Shown piece by piece: positions 1 to 11,299 of a DNA stretch of 64,000 nt. The DNA is from Octopus sinensis (taxonomy: Eukaryota). Numbering within the stretch: position 1 is the first letter of the stretch; the number at the start of each line of letters is the position of its first letter. Below the pieces are notes generated by a model. It had not been told where the DNA came from, searched no databases, and was given only the letters and a program-made list of their open reading frames with translations. The translations under genes and the position numbers were made by a program. The stretch covers positions 1 through 64,000 of the forward strand of contig NW_021832831.1 of assembly GCF_006345805.1 (NCBI RefSeq), read 5' to 3'.

Positions 1-200
1 AAATATCGTGCTAACAGGTTGCGGTCTCAAAGCGACGAAAATATTTTGACAAATTAAATTTAAATGTTGAAGTGAATCTAACGGTTTTTGTGTGTTTCTT
101 AAATGGCTTATAAACACCTTCAACGCTGCAACTGTTTTCGTTCCAGCACACGATCTCAGATCAAGTCACTTGCTATGCAAGTACATCTCTGTAACTATAT
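1..200 (+). mobile_element. Penelope-like terminal repeat fragment (second copy at 39632-39870)
   Basis: 17-200 aligns closely with 39690-39870. Both contain gcgacGAAAATATTTtgacaaa, a hammerhead-like stem III palindrome of the kind found in Penelope pseudo-LTRs. The family assignment is inference. Confidence 0.5.
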
Positions 201-289
201 ATATATTTATATATATATATGTATATTGGTAAAAACAGTAAGATAACAAAAGAAAGAAAGAGACCTCAATATTATGTAAATAGAGGAAA

Positions 290-684
290 TCTTTATATAT
301 AAAAGTGAGGTTGTGTGTCTGTCTCCTACGATTTAGATTCCTAACTACTCCCACATTTTGCGGTGCAGTTTAACCAAAACCGGGTATCTTATAGACGTGA
401 TTCATATCGAGACCGTCTGGGTATTAGCGCGTGTCTACGATGAGTCTACGATTTAAAAAAAAATTTACCATCAATTTTTCCCATTTTTAATCCATTTTTG
501 ACATATATAAAGGAAGTAACTCTCTAAAATTTATTATTAAATCTCAGAACGTAAAAAGCTACAGTAACACCCCTCCTCCTTTGTGGTTAGCCATATTGAG
601 ATGGCTATTATACTTTACATCTCTAAAAATGCTTATATAATTATTTCCCTTACAAACCCGAGCAACGCCGGGCGATACTGCTAG
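290..684 (+). mobile_element. Non-autonomous Helitron, family A
   Basis: 5' A|TC at 289-291 (tctttatatataaaag). 3' hairpin cccgagcaacgccggg at 657-672, then CTAG|T at 681-685. Confidence 0.8.
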
Positions 685-1954
685 TCTCTTATTATAAAAG
701 GCAGATTTTATCTGCCTCCCTTTGTCAGTTATAGAAATCTACAATATAGGATTTCTTCAATTACAATTTACCTAGCATTTTTAAGAGTAGAATGCATCGG
801 GTTTTGCCAGGTCCACTTTTTAAAATTTCAACCCCAATTAAGCAAAATTTAGAGAAAACTCACATTGTGGTGTATGAGTCAAATGCTTCTCTTAGTATGG
901 GATACAGCACACGCAAACGCACACTCACAGTGTGCAATGAATAAAGCAAAAGTAATTCACTTTCTGTAGTGAGTGACTCTTTCACTCTGCCTCCTACTTC
1001 CTCTTTACACACATAGACACGCAAATATATAAATAAAATTGTAAGCTAACGTGCGTGTGTGTGTGTGTGAGGGTGCGTGTGTGTGTGTGTGCGTGTGCGT
1101 GAGTGTGTGACAGGAAAGTTTTTTAGGACGAATATAAGACCTATATCCAAGTAGCAGAAAGATCGCCCAAAAGTGCATATAGATATTTAAATGTATTTAT
1201 ATATTCATCTATACACAGATGTATGTATAATGTGTGTGTATATATTTCCATAGAGGTAACCTTTCACTCCATACAAAGTTTTTTAGGACGAATATAACAT
1301 CTAAAGTATATACAAGTAGCACAAAGATCGCCCAAAAGTGTATATAGATATATAAATGTATTTATATATTCATCTATGCACACATGTATGTATAACGTGT
1401 GTGTATATATTTCTATAGACGTAACCATTCACTCCGCACAAAGTTTTTAGGACGAAAATAAGATCTAAAGTTATCACTAAGAAACAGAAAGATCGCCCAA
1501 AAGTGTATATAGATATTTAAATGTATTTATATATTCATCTATACACACATGTATGTATAATGTGCGTGTATATATTTCCATAGAGGTAACCATTCAATCC
1601 ATACAAAGTTTTTTAGGACGAATATAACATCTAAAGTATATACAAGTAGCACAAAGATCGCCCAAAAGTGTATATAGATATATAAATGTATTTATATATT
1701 CATCTATGCACACATGTATGTATAACGTGTGTGTATATATTTCTATAGACGTAACCATTCACTCCGCACAAAGTTTTTAGGACGAAAATAAGATCTAAAG
1801 TTATCACTAAGAAACAGAAAGATCGCCCAAAAGTGTATATAGATATTTAAATGTATTTATATATTCATCTATACACACATGTATGTATAATGTGCGTGTA
1901 TATATTTCCATAGAGGTAACCATTCAATCCATACAAAGTTTTTTAGGACGAAAA
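685..1954 (+). mobile_element. Helitron-type element, family B, with no recognisable 3' end; contains a tandem array
   Basis: Starts with TC directly after the CTAG of the previous element (tctcttattataaaaggcagatttt). The same 5' end and internal motif (ccccaattaagcaaaatt) recur at 20638. Confidence 0.6.
1115..1953. repeat. 165-bp tandem repeat (5 units plus a partial unit) with an A/B dimeric higher-order structure
   Basis: Units start with aaagttttt(t)aggacg at 1115, 1275, 1440, 1605, 1770 and 1935. 1268-1622 is identical to 1598-1952 (period 330). Confidence 0.95.
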
Positions 1955-2801
1955 TATTTATATATAAAAGAAAGGTTGTGTGTCCGTCTACTCCGATTTA
2001 GATTCCTAACTACTCCCACATTTTGCGATGCAGTTTAACCAAAACCGGGTATCTTATAGTCGTGATTCATATCGATCCCTTCTGGGTATTAGCGCGCGTC
2101 TACGATGAGTCTATGATTTTACAAATAATTTACCATCATTTTTTTCCATTTTAATGCATATTTATTTTAATAAAGGGAAGTAACTCTCAGACTTCACACC
2201 AATATGCGTGCTCATATGCGACGTAATATCACATAAGCAGCATTTTCTCACACCCTCCTTGCACTTGACGAAGGCAAAATACCAGGGGATGAAAATTGTA
2301 ATATTGCCATCGATTCCATTTGTACCATTGTTAAGACGCCTTCTGATCTCAGAGATGCAGTGTTCCCAGATCTACAAGCTAATTATCAGAATATGGATTG
2401 GATTGGCAAAAAGGCTATACTGGCCCCGAGGAATAAAACTGTTCACCATATTAATGATGAAATGCTAAAACTCATTCCTGGGGAAGTCTATGTATATCAG
2501 TCTATCGATACAACTCCTGACCCAGAGGACGTCATCAACTATCCAATAGAGGTACTCAATTTCTTTGAGCACCCCGGACTACCACCACACTTTCTCAAAC
2601 TTAAAGTTGGTGCCCCTATAATGCTCATCAGAAATTTGGTTCCCCCAAAACAATGCAATGGCACACGCTTGATCGTTAAGTCCTTATCTCCCACCGTAAA
2701 CTTATATCAATGTTTGCCTGAATAATCATCATAATTCAGTGCAATCATTAACAGTACTTTCAAGCAATTCAGCCCCGAGCAACGCCGGGCAATTCTGCTA
2801 G
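1955..2801 (+). mobile_element. Helitron family A copy carrying a helicase remnant
   Basis: The first ~230 bp match 290-535. 3' hairpin cccgagcaacgccggg and CTAG at 2798-2801, followed by (TA)n. Confidence 0.85.
2196..2696 (+). pseudogene. PIF1-like helicase fragment of a Helitron RepHel protein
   Basis: ORF 2360-2725 contains [38 protein letters not shown] and CNGTRLIVKSL, all PIF1-family motifs. Confidence 0.9.
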
Positions 2802-2818
2802 TATATATATATATCATA

Positions 2819-4074
2819 TCTATAAAAAGCATGATGTGTGTGTACGTGATTGTAATTTATGCACATCCAAAAATTAGCACGCATGTCGCTCAAATTTTAG
2901 GTGGACATTTGTCGACACCCTCTCTGGGTTTTTTCAACTTATTTTTTCCCAAGCCACCCGCGGATAGCGTAAAAATCTATTTTCGACCTTAGCTTTTAGC
3001 CATAAAAAATATCAGCCATAGCATTTTTGATGGCGTCTAACAAAAAAAATAAGATTAAGAAAAGTGGAAGAAGGAAGCAGAGTTTCACGGGAAAGACAAA
3101 GTGAGAGAGGGAGAGAGAGAAAGCAAGTGACGATGTTCATAAAAAATAAAAAGTAAAATTTTTTGTTTTTGAAAGACACTATATTTTATATTCATAGTAT
3201 ATATACTTCTCACACAACAATTACAATATAGCAATAATAATTCTCTAAAAGAGATATAGACAGTAACTGCTCGATAACATAAGGGACTAAAGCCATCTGA
3301 ATATGGCTAGGGACAGGGCAGGGTGGTGGGGGTGTTACTGTTGCATTTAGCCCCAGGCGAACATCGACGTCGCCAGATAGGCCCGACACCGTCACGGTGT
3401 CCTTTAACCTGCAAAGGGAGATAATTCCCCGATGAAGCGGAAACCACACACGGACCATGGTTTCAAGGTGTATTGCCTATCGTCAACGTGTGGTAGGCCT
3501 CCGCTTCCTCGACGAAATCTCACTCTGCAGGATATTCATATATAGATTTTCAAGCAAAATACATCTGCTGATTTCGAAAATCTGTTCGACAGCAATAATA
3601 ATTCTCTAAAAGAGATATAGACAGTAACTGCTCGATAACATAAGGGACTAAAGCCATCTGAATATGGCTAGGGACAGGGCAGGGTGGTGGGGTGTTACTG
3701 TTGCATTTAGCCCCTTATTTTAAATCGTTCATCTTTCTCTCCCCTCTCACACACATTACTTTGGGTGCGAAAGAGTTTTGTTTTTTTTTATGCCAAGTAA
3801 AAAAGTGTTTTGTTGACAATCTATTTATTTAACAACATAAAAAAAGAGGTGAGTAATAATTTGTTAGTGAATTACACAATATAAATGGGTACAATTTGCG
3901 AGGCTTCCACCACACCCCACTCCGTTTCACGGACCACAAAAAGGGTTTTGAGGTCAGAGTAGTTGATTTCGCCCACATTTGACGTCTATATTACTTAGTT
4001 TGGTTTGAAATAAAGAACTTGATTAGTTTAATAATCGTAACTTAATCCCAGGCAAGCCTGGGTTATACTGCTGG
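2819..4074 (+). mobile_element. Non-autonomous Helitron, family C
   Basis: 5' TCtataaaaagcatgatgtgtg. 3' hairpin cccaggcaagcctggg at 4047-4062 and CTGG|T at 4071-4075. Homologous ends occur at 29672-30839 (minus) and near 51970. Confidence 0.75.
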
Positions 4075-4264
4075 TATATATATATGTATATATGAAGTGT
4101 TTACATCCACCTAGAAGTTATAAATTGTGTTTGTGCGCGGCGCATGCATATATGTACATTAGAGATACTCTGCTATGATGTGTATGCAGTCTTCAGACGG
4201 ATGTGTGTGACACACATACATACAGAAATATATCCATCTCAAGTCTGTATATGCATACATTAGC

Positions 4265-4459
4265 TCAGACACACATCCAGTGATCAGGAACTAAATTTGC
4301 TTGGGGTGTGGAAACCAAGGTCCAAACTTTTTTACGAACAAGAGAGACTTTTTCATTCTTAATACCAAAACAAAAGTATAATAATAATAATTTTTTATTA
4401 TGAGGTTCGACTGAACAGGACCTGAGTGCTAGAGCATTCTCCTGATGAAACATGGCCCT
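4265..4459 (-). mobile_element. Mariner transposase relic, part downstream of the Gypsy insertion
   Basis: The minus frame reads RAMFHQENALAL (HQDNA motif) and later QANLVPDHW (PDLAPSDY-like). It joins in frame with 9282-9436 once the Gypsy element and one TSD copy are removed. Confidence 0.75.
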
Positions 4460-4699
4460 TGTTACACATTCATATCTATGTGTATACAAAGGTATGCATA
4501 TGTATGAGTGCATCTCCACTATTGGCACTATTTGTTAGTAAACAGTGTGAACTACATCTAGGGTGGATGCGCTCAATGAGTATCACTCTGCTGTATATTG
4601 ACAGTTTGTAAACAGCTTAAGCAAAATAAACACGTAAAAAATAACAATGCCTTCAGTGAGTTGTCTATCATGCCATCACGAACGAAAGAATGCATAACA
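4460..4699 (+). repeat. 5' LTR (240 bp)
   Basis: tgttacacattc...gcataaca. About 24 differences from the 3' LTR by manual count (~90% identity). Confidence 0.95.
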
Positions 4700-4712
4700 T
4701 GGTGGCAGCGGT
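4700..4712 (+). promoter_or_regulatory. Primer-binding site, tRNA-Leu type
   Basis: TGGTGGCAGCGGT directly follows the 5' LTR. It is complementary to ...ACCGCUGCCACCA, the 3' end of metazoan tRNA-Leu(AAG/UAG). Confidence 0.8.
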
Positions 4713-4808
4713 AAATAATTAATCGGAAACTGTGCCTTTACAACAAACCAGAAATTTAATAAACTGAATATCGCTTCGTCTTCAGACACACACACACGAG
4801 GATCCAAA

Positions 4809-5700
4809 ATGGCGACACCCGTCGCTGTACAGATGAATCTACATCCAACCATGAACTGGGACGCCGATGATATCGTGGAAGCATTCAAGAAATTCAAACA
4901 GAAAACTCAACTGGCTTTCAAAAGCTTCCTGAAAGGTACAACTGTCAATGAAAAGGTAAACTACATCCTTTTATGGACGAGAGAGAAGGGCCTAGACCAA
5001 TTCAATAGCTGGGACATGTCAGAATCAGATTGCAATAACCCAGACACACTTTTTGAGAAATTTGAAAAGCACCTAGAGCCCAGATCAAACCATAGAATTC
5101 ATAGATACGAATTCCAGGGCTGGAAACAAGACCCACAAGAAACAATTGACAACTTCCTGTCCAGACTAAAGAATGTTGCTGAGAAATGCAAATTCAAAGA
5201 CAAGAATGAAAGGATTGTTGATCAACTAATATGGGGGTGTACTCATAAAGAAGTTCAGAAATCCCTCATAGGTAAGGACGCTCTCCAGTTAATAGAAGCA
5301 GTAGACACTGCAAGAGCATTCGAAGTTACTACCAAACAAATGTTCTCACTTTACAAACAAACACAATAGGTAGCAGTGTAGAAATTGTATCTAGACATAG
5401 AACGAAACATACCTACAAACAGAGAACCTGCCAGTACTGTGGTACAGAGCATGAGTTCAATGACCAGAAGAAATGTCCTGCATTCGGTACACACTGCAAA
5501 GCATGTGGAAAACCTAACTACTGGGGAAAAATGTAGACTAACAAAATCTCAGAAATACAAGCCCCAATTTTCGAAGAGGAGCGGAAATAGAAAACAAAGA
5601 GATATACATGCCCAACAACAGGAACAAAACACCTCAGAGGTGGAATTCTTGGCTGTCGGCACAATAAATGTGCATGAGATGGGAAATGACAACCAGAAAA
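4809..5700 (+). pseudogene. gag: Gypsy gag (interrupted)
   Basis: ORF 4809-5369 (FEKHLEPRSNHRIHRYEF..KQDPQETIDNFLSRLKNVAEKCKF..RIVDQLIWG) is typical of Gypsy capsid. In-frame stop at 5367-5369. Confidence 0.85.
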
Positions 5701-5759
5701 AAAAATGAGGCATACACAATGATACAAATACAAAAGAAGTCAGGCAAGAAACGAATAAA

Positions 5760-8450
5760 CATTGACTTAAGACTAAAGATTGACACTGGAGCCCAGAGTG
5801 ATATCTTGCCTGTCAACCTCTACAAAAAGATGTTCCCAGAATACATGACATGAGAGGATAAAGTCAAAGAAGGAATCCTCACACCAAGTGATGTAATCCT
5901 CACTGCATACGGAGGTGCCAAGATTCCACAACTGGGCAAAACACAATCACAGGGACACACAAAGGAAAAATAATCAAGTGTTCTTTTTATGTCACAAGAA
6001 CAGAAGGACCACCAATTAATGGACTTAATACCTGTCAAAAGCTTAATATTGTGTCAATCAATGGTGAAGTGAAGGCAGCTCCAAGCAGGATTGACAGAGA
6101 TATGCCTATCAAAGACCGACCATTAATCACAAATATAGAACTGATAAGCATGTACCCAGAATGCTTTGATGATACAGTCGGGTGTTTGGTGAAATGTCGA
6201 TACCGTATAACATCGACCCCAATGCCAAACCATTGTTCACCCACCTCGCCACGTTCCTCAAGAATTAAAAGAGAAGCTGAAGGCTGAGTTGGACAGAATG
6301 GAAAAAAGAGAAATAATCACCAAAGTGACACAACCAACAGACTGGGTGAATTCAATTGTAATCAAAGAAAAACCCAGTGGTACCCTACGGATATGCCTCG
6401 ACCCAAGGGACCTGAACAAAGAGAGTACCATCCAATTCCAACCCTTGAAGAAATCACACCATCATTAGCTGGATCCAAGATATTCAGCAAACTGGATGCC
6501 AGTAATGGGTACTGGAATGTAAAGATAGGCAAGGCAGATACCGATTCAACCGACTCCCATTTTGATTGAAGGTGAGCCAAGATTTTTTCCAGTGCCAAAT
6601 AGATGAGACCTACCAAGGCAGCAAGGGAGCATTTGGCATAGCAGACGACATCCAAGTGCATGGCAAGGATGAAATCACACATGACTTCAATTTACATGAA
6701 GCCATGGAGAAAACCCGACAAGCAGGTATCAAACTCAATGCAGATAAGCGTGTGATAAAAGCAAAGGAGTGCAAATTCTTTGGAATTATATACTCTGCAG
6801 AGGGCGTGAAACCAGGCCCCGCTAAAGTGGAAGCCATCTGAGACATCAAAGAACCCAAAGATAAGAAGGAACTCAGGAGCTTCCTGGGACTCATCCACTA
6901 CATGGGAGCCTTCATACCCAAGCTGGCTGATCACACTGCAAATCTCCGAGAACTAAACAAAGATGACGTAGAGTTTGGTGTGCTTCACACACACACATAG
7001 GATTTCCAAGCAATCAAAAAGTTTATCAGTAAGGAGAAAACTCTGCCAGTACTACAACAGACGCAAACCAGTAACACTCCAAGTCGATGCTTCTATGAGA
7101 GGAGTTGGTACAGCATTGATACAGGAAGGTAAACCCATTGCATATGCCTCGAAAGCTCTCTCACCCACAGAGACAAGGTATGCAAATATTGAAAGCGAAC
7201 TCCTGGCATTAGTATATGTCTGTGAAATGTTCCATACATACCTGTATGGCAGACATTTCAATATTGAATCAGAAAATCGCCCACTAGAACAAATACACAG
7301 AGAAAACTTCACGAAAGCACCAGTCAGACTGCAAAGATTACTGTTGAGGCTCCAAAAGTACAACTACGATATCAGGTACAAGCCAGGAAAAGACCTGATA
7401 TTGGCAGATGCTCTTTCCAGACCATCCTCACATGATAAATAGGAGATGGAAGGACTAAACGTAAAGGCCCACCACATGGTAAATGTAACAAACACAAAGC
7501 TAGCACAAATAAAAGGAGACCAGCAGAGAGGAAGAACTTCAGCTCCTTATTCAGATGGTGATTCAGGGGTGGCCAGAAAAGAGACATCAGGTGCAGCCCC
7601 TCATTCGTTAATATTGGGCCATCCATGATGATATCAGTGGAGAATTGAATCCTGATGGCTGTATCCTGAATAATTATACCCAAATCAATGCAAAAAGAGA
7701 TTCTTGACAAGATCCACCAAGAGCATCTAGGAATGGAAAAATGCAAGCTCCGAGCCAAGTCAGCTGTATATTGGGTAGGCATGTACAAAGACGTAGAAAA
7801 GATAGTTTCTACACGCCATATTTGTCAAAAGTACAGAAACTCACAACAAAAGGAGGAAATGATACCCAGTGACATCCTAAGAAGGCCATGGCAAGCTATT
7901 GGAGTAGATCTGTTCACAGAGAGCCAAGAATGGTATTTGATTATGATCTGCTACTACTTCAAATTTCCATTTGTGAGAAAAGTGATAGACCTGAGAGCCA
8001 AAACAATAACTACAGTGGCTCGAGGAGTTCTAGCAGAGCAAGGAATACTAGAGCAGATCATATGTGACAATGGAACCCAGTTCACATCGCAAGAATTCAA
8101 AACACTAGCTGATGAGTATGGGTTCAATATTACAACCTCATCTCCACACTACCCCAAAGGTCATGAGTTTATAGAAAGACAAGTGCAGACAGTGAAGAGA
8201 ACACTAGTCAAATGCTGAGAGACTAAGGAAGACCCACACCTGGTACTTCTGTCCCTACGAGCGACACCACTGAGAGCTGACATGAAATCCCCAGCAGAAT
8301 TGCTGAATGGCAGGAAGTACAAAACTACCCTACCAACCAAGATCCAACCTCCTATTGACCAGGAAGAGACAAGGGCAAAGCTAGTAGCCACTCAAGAACA
8401 ATCACAGAAATATTACAACAAACATGCACAATACTACTACCTGAGATACT
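5760..8450 (+). pseudogene. pol: Gypsy pol (protease, RT, RNase H, integrase) with many stops and frameshifts
   Basis: Protease DTG at 5782-5790. RT IADDIQV at 6638-6658. RNase H LQVDAS..PIAYASKAL..YANIE. Integrase HQEHLG..CxxC zinc motif and VDLF/CDNGTQF/IER catalytic motifs in ORF 7688-8218. Confidence 0.95.
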
Positions 8451-9033
8451 TGGAGGACAACATGTGCATACTCAAGATCCTATAACCAAAACATGGATCC
8501 CAGCACAAGTTGTCAGTAGAGCTGAAACTCCAAGATCGTATATTATAGAAATGGAACCTGGTAGGCAGCTGAGACACAACAGGGCCACATCTGCCCAGCA
8601 CCAAAGCTGTCGAGGATAACATGTACAACACCTACCACATCAGTGACAACACCTACAGAATCATCACCCCAATGGGCACCAATCACTCATCAGCAGCCCA
8701 AACAACACCCTCAGACACCAGTGTGGAGCATAGATACACCAGATGGAGATCTAACATTTTACCACCGGTTCGATACCGTTAAAGAGAAAAAAGAAAAAGA
8801 AAATGGTGCCCCAGCATGGCTGCGGCCTTCGGGCTAAAACATTTTTAAGGATTTAAGGATAAGGATTTAACTAATTCTGCTAGATTACAAAGCTAAAATC
8901 CACGTGATTGGGCAGAATAATCTCACGGTTTCTGCTGCAGGATTGCCACCCTTGCACTGACAATCCATTAGAGTAAGGGAGATTACTTATATTTTTTCTT
9001 CACTGCCTGCACAAACCCCTTTATTTTTTTTTC

Positions 9034-9042
9034 AAGAAGGGG
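9034..9042 (+). promoter_or_regulatory. Polypurine tract
   Basis: aagaagggg immediately before the TG of the 3' LTR. Confidence 0.85.
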
Positions 9043-9281
9043 TGTCACATTCATATCTATGTGTATACGTAGGTATGCGTATGTATGAGTGCATCCCCAC
9101 TATTGGCACAATTTGTTAGTAAACAGTGTGAACTGCGTCTAGGGCAGATGCGCACAATGTGTATCACTCCGTGGTATATTGACAGCTTGTAAACAGGTTA
9201 AGCAAAATAAACACGTAAAACAATAACAATGCCTTCAGTAAGTTGTCTATCATCCCATCATGAATGAAAGAATGCACAACA
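9043..9281 (+). repeat. 3' LTR (239 bp)
   Basis: tgtcacattc...gcacaaca, followed by the TSD gccct. Confidence 0.95.
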
Positions 9282-9700
9282 GCCCTCTTCATCAGTTTTC
9301 CTGGGCGTTTGGTCTTAGTAGCCTTTCGTAACTGCCTTAGCAAGTTGGCATAGCACTCTCCATTGAAAGTGTGACCCTTATGAAGACAGTCAATAAGCAC
9401 AATGTCTTTTATATTCCAAAAAATCTGGGCCATCACCTTCTCTGTAGATGAAACAACCTTGTCCTTCAGTGGAGCAGGTGAAGAGAGGTGTTTCTTTCCA
9501 CTTGCATGGATTGCTTCTTATCTCTGGCTCAATGTGATGAACCCAAAAACATCCTGGGTTAGGAAACAATCAAGGAAACATGCTGGATCCACCTCAGTGT
9601 CAGATGTTCTCATGTGATCAACCTGGTGCATTTTTGATCAGGTGTCAGAACATGTGACACTCAGCGAGCAGAAACCTTCATCATGCTATGTTCATTTTGC
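9282..9700 (-). mobile_element. Mariner transposase relic, part upstream of the Gypsy insertion
   Basis: ORF 9164-9436: MAQIFWNIKDIVLIDCLHKGHTFNGECYANLLRQLRKATKTKRPGKL, a mariner catalytic region. Confidence 0.85.
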
Positions 9701-11299
9701 AGAATAGTCTCAACTCTCAGACAGGATATGCTAATAGCACTGGGTATTTAAGTTATAGTCAATCGCCAATCATTCATCATTATGTGATGAACACAATGTT
9801 TTCCGTGGTGGCAGCAGTAGCTGCAGGACATCCAAACCATGATTTTTCTGAAGACTATCTCTTCCCTTGCTAAATTTAGCTGCCACTTTTGTACTGACAA
9901 TAAGGCAGGAGTGTCAACCCTTAATGTATCATGTCTACATGAATAACGTCGGCATGAATGTCCTTGAGTGCTAAAACCTTTCCCTGCAGGTACTTGATTA
10001 CAGCACGATGCCAAATTTTGTCTGTTTTCCAGAGAAGTTGCTAATAGTTACTTTTGAAGTTTTCTACGGACAGTCAGATATCATTATATCTGGAAAGAAA
10101 CAATGCATTTATTAAATAGGAGAATTGAAATTAATGCAAGCAAGATTTCACAGCTCTTGCATCACTCTTTTATAGTCAGCCTATGAAAATTTCATCCCAC
10201 ATTCGTGCACATGGAAAAGTGTCTCAAAGCATTCCAAAAACTTTTCTGCGTGCACTCGTTTTTGTAATGAAACTTTCTACAAGGATGTGCAATACATTTT
10301 TATTATGCATTATGGCACTATGTGCTACATGGTGCTGTGTCATTGTGGTACAGATCCAGTTCTTCAAATGGTGAATGTGCTGGATGTTTGCTCATTTGAT
10401 GCTATAGACACAGGTGAAGACAGAATAAGTTGTGTTAGCATCAACACTTGTAGCATACTAGAATGAAAAACAACATCAGAAGCTCTCCATTTTTCTACAA
10501 TGTCACGTTGAGAATACTGACAGATTTTAGGATTCCTGGTTATGTATGTGGAAGCTGTAAAGTTTAATTATTACCTAGTGGGGGTGGAGTTTTGATGGTG
10601 GTGATGGTATGTGTGCTTTGACATTTGCTGATACTGCTTGTACAAATTGTGCATCTTGAAACAGATGTGTTAATAGATTTTACTTTATTTACAGTTTGTA
10701 GATTTATGATAGTGCTGTGAGGTATACATTCAGATTGAGCTGGAGTCTTTTCTATGGTAATTTTAAAGTTTATTGAAAATTTTAAAATTTGGTGTATTGA
10801 TGCAATTCTCCACACTGAATCTCAGGGGCTAATTCACCTTTCCAGAAATTAAAAAAAAAAAGTTATAGAAGTTTAAAGTTTCATCATTTTTATCCAGTCA
10901 TAAAACAGAATTTGGAAGCTATAATTTTGTATGTTCCAGCACGTGATGTCAACTGTAAACAAATGAAATATTGACGAAATTCTGCTTTATGCACACCATA
11001 AGAACCCTCATAAATTTTTTATATTTTGGAATTTTCAGAAACTTTTTGTGAATTTGTATTCTACACACAGGAATTCATACAATTATGCAAAAATGGAAAG
11101 AAAAATAGGGTGCATGATTTAAGGCCTATTTAGTTATTATTTTTAGCACGTCTTATGACTACCATTTAATAAACAGAAAATGACTGCATGAGTTAACAGC
11201 TTGGCTGGTTACTATGGAAACAGGCTCCTATATTTATCTTTGGCTTTTGATTGGCTAAAATTACTCCAAATTTGCAAACTTTAAAAGCTATTAACTCCT

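Larger units (their letters stand above)
4460..9281 (+). mobile_element. Full-length decayed Ty3/Gypsy LTR retrotransposon
   Basis: TG...CA LTRs at 4460-4699 and 9043-9281. 5-bp TSD GCCCT at 4455-4459 and 9282-9286. PBS, PPT, and domains in the order gag-PR-RT-RH-IN. Confidence 0.97.

Noticed and set aside
2196-2696. Host PIF1 or other DNA helicase gene (also 24288-24850 and 50425-50720)
   Set aside because: The fragments are intronless, partial and enclosed by Helitron termini, so they are RepHel remnants.
3290-3345. Twister-like segment on the minus strand (taacac...gtccctagcc)
   Set aside because: The required pseudoknots cannot be formed. The same cagtaacacccc...gccat/atggc motif is an ordinary internal part of the Helitron at 563-610.
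3428-3517. CCGATGA...CGAAA read as a hammerhead with a long stem II
   Set aside because: The putative core bases are paired within the 12-bp stem, and stems I and III cannot be formed.
4700-8450. Endogenous retrovirus or env-bearing element
   Set aside because: The region between integrase and PPT is only about 600 bp, with no env-like ORF or transmembrane segment.
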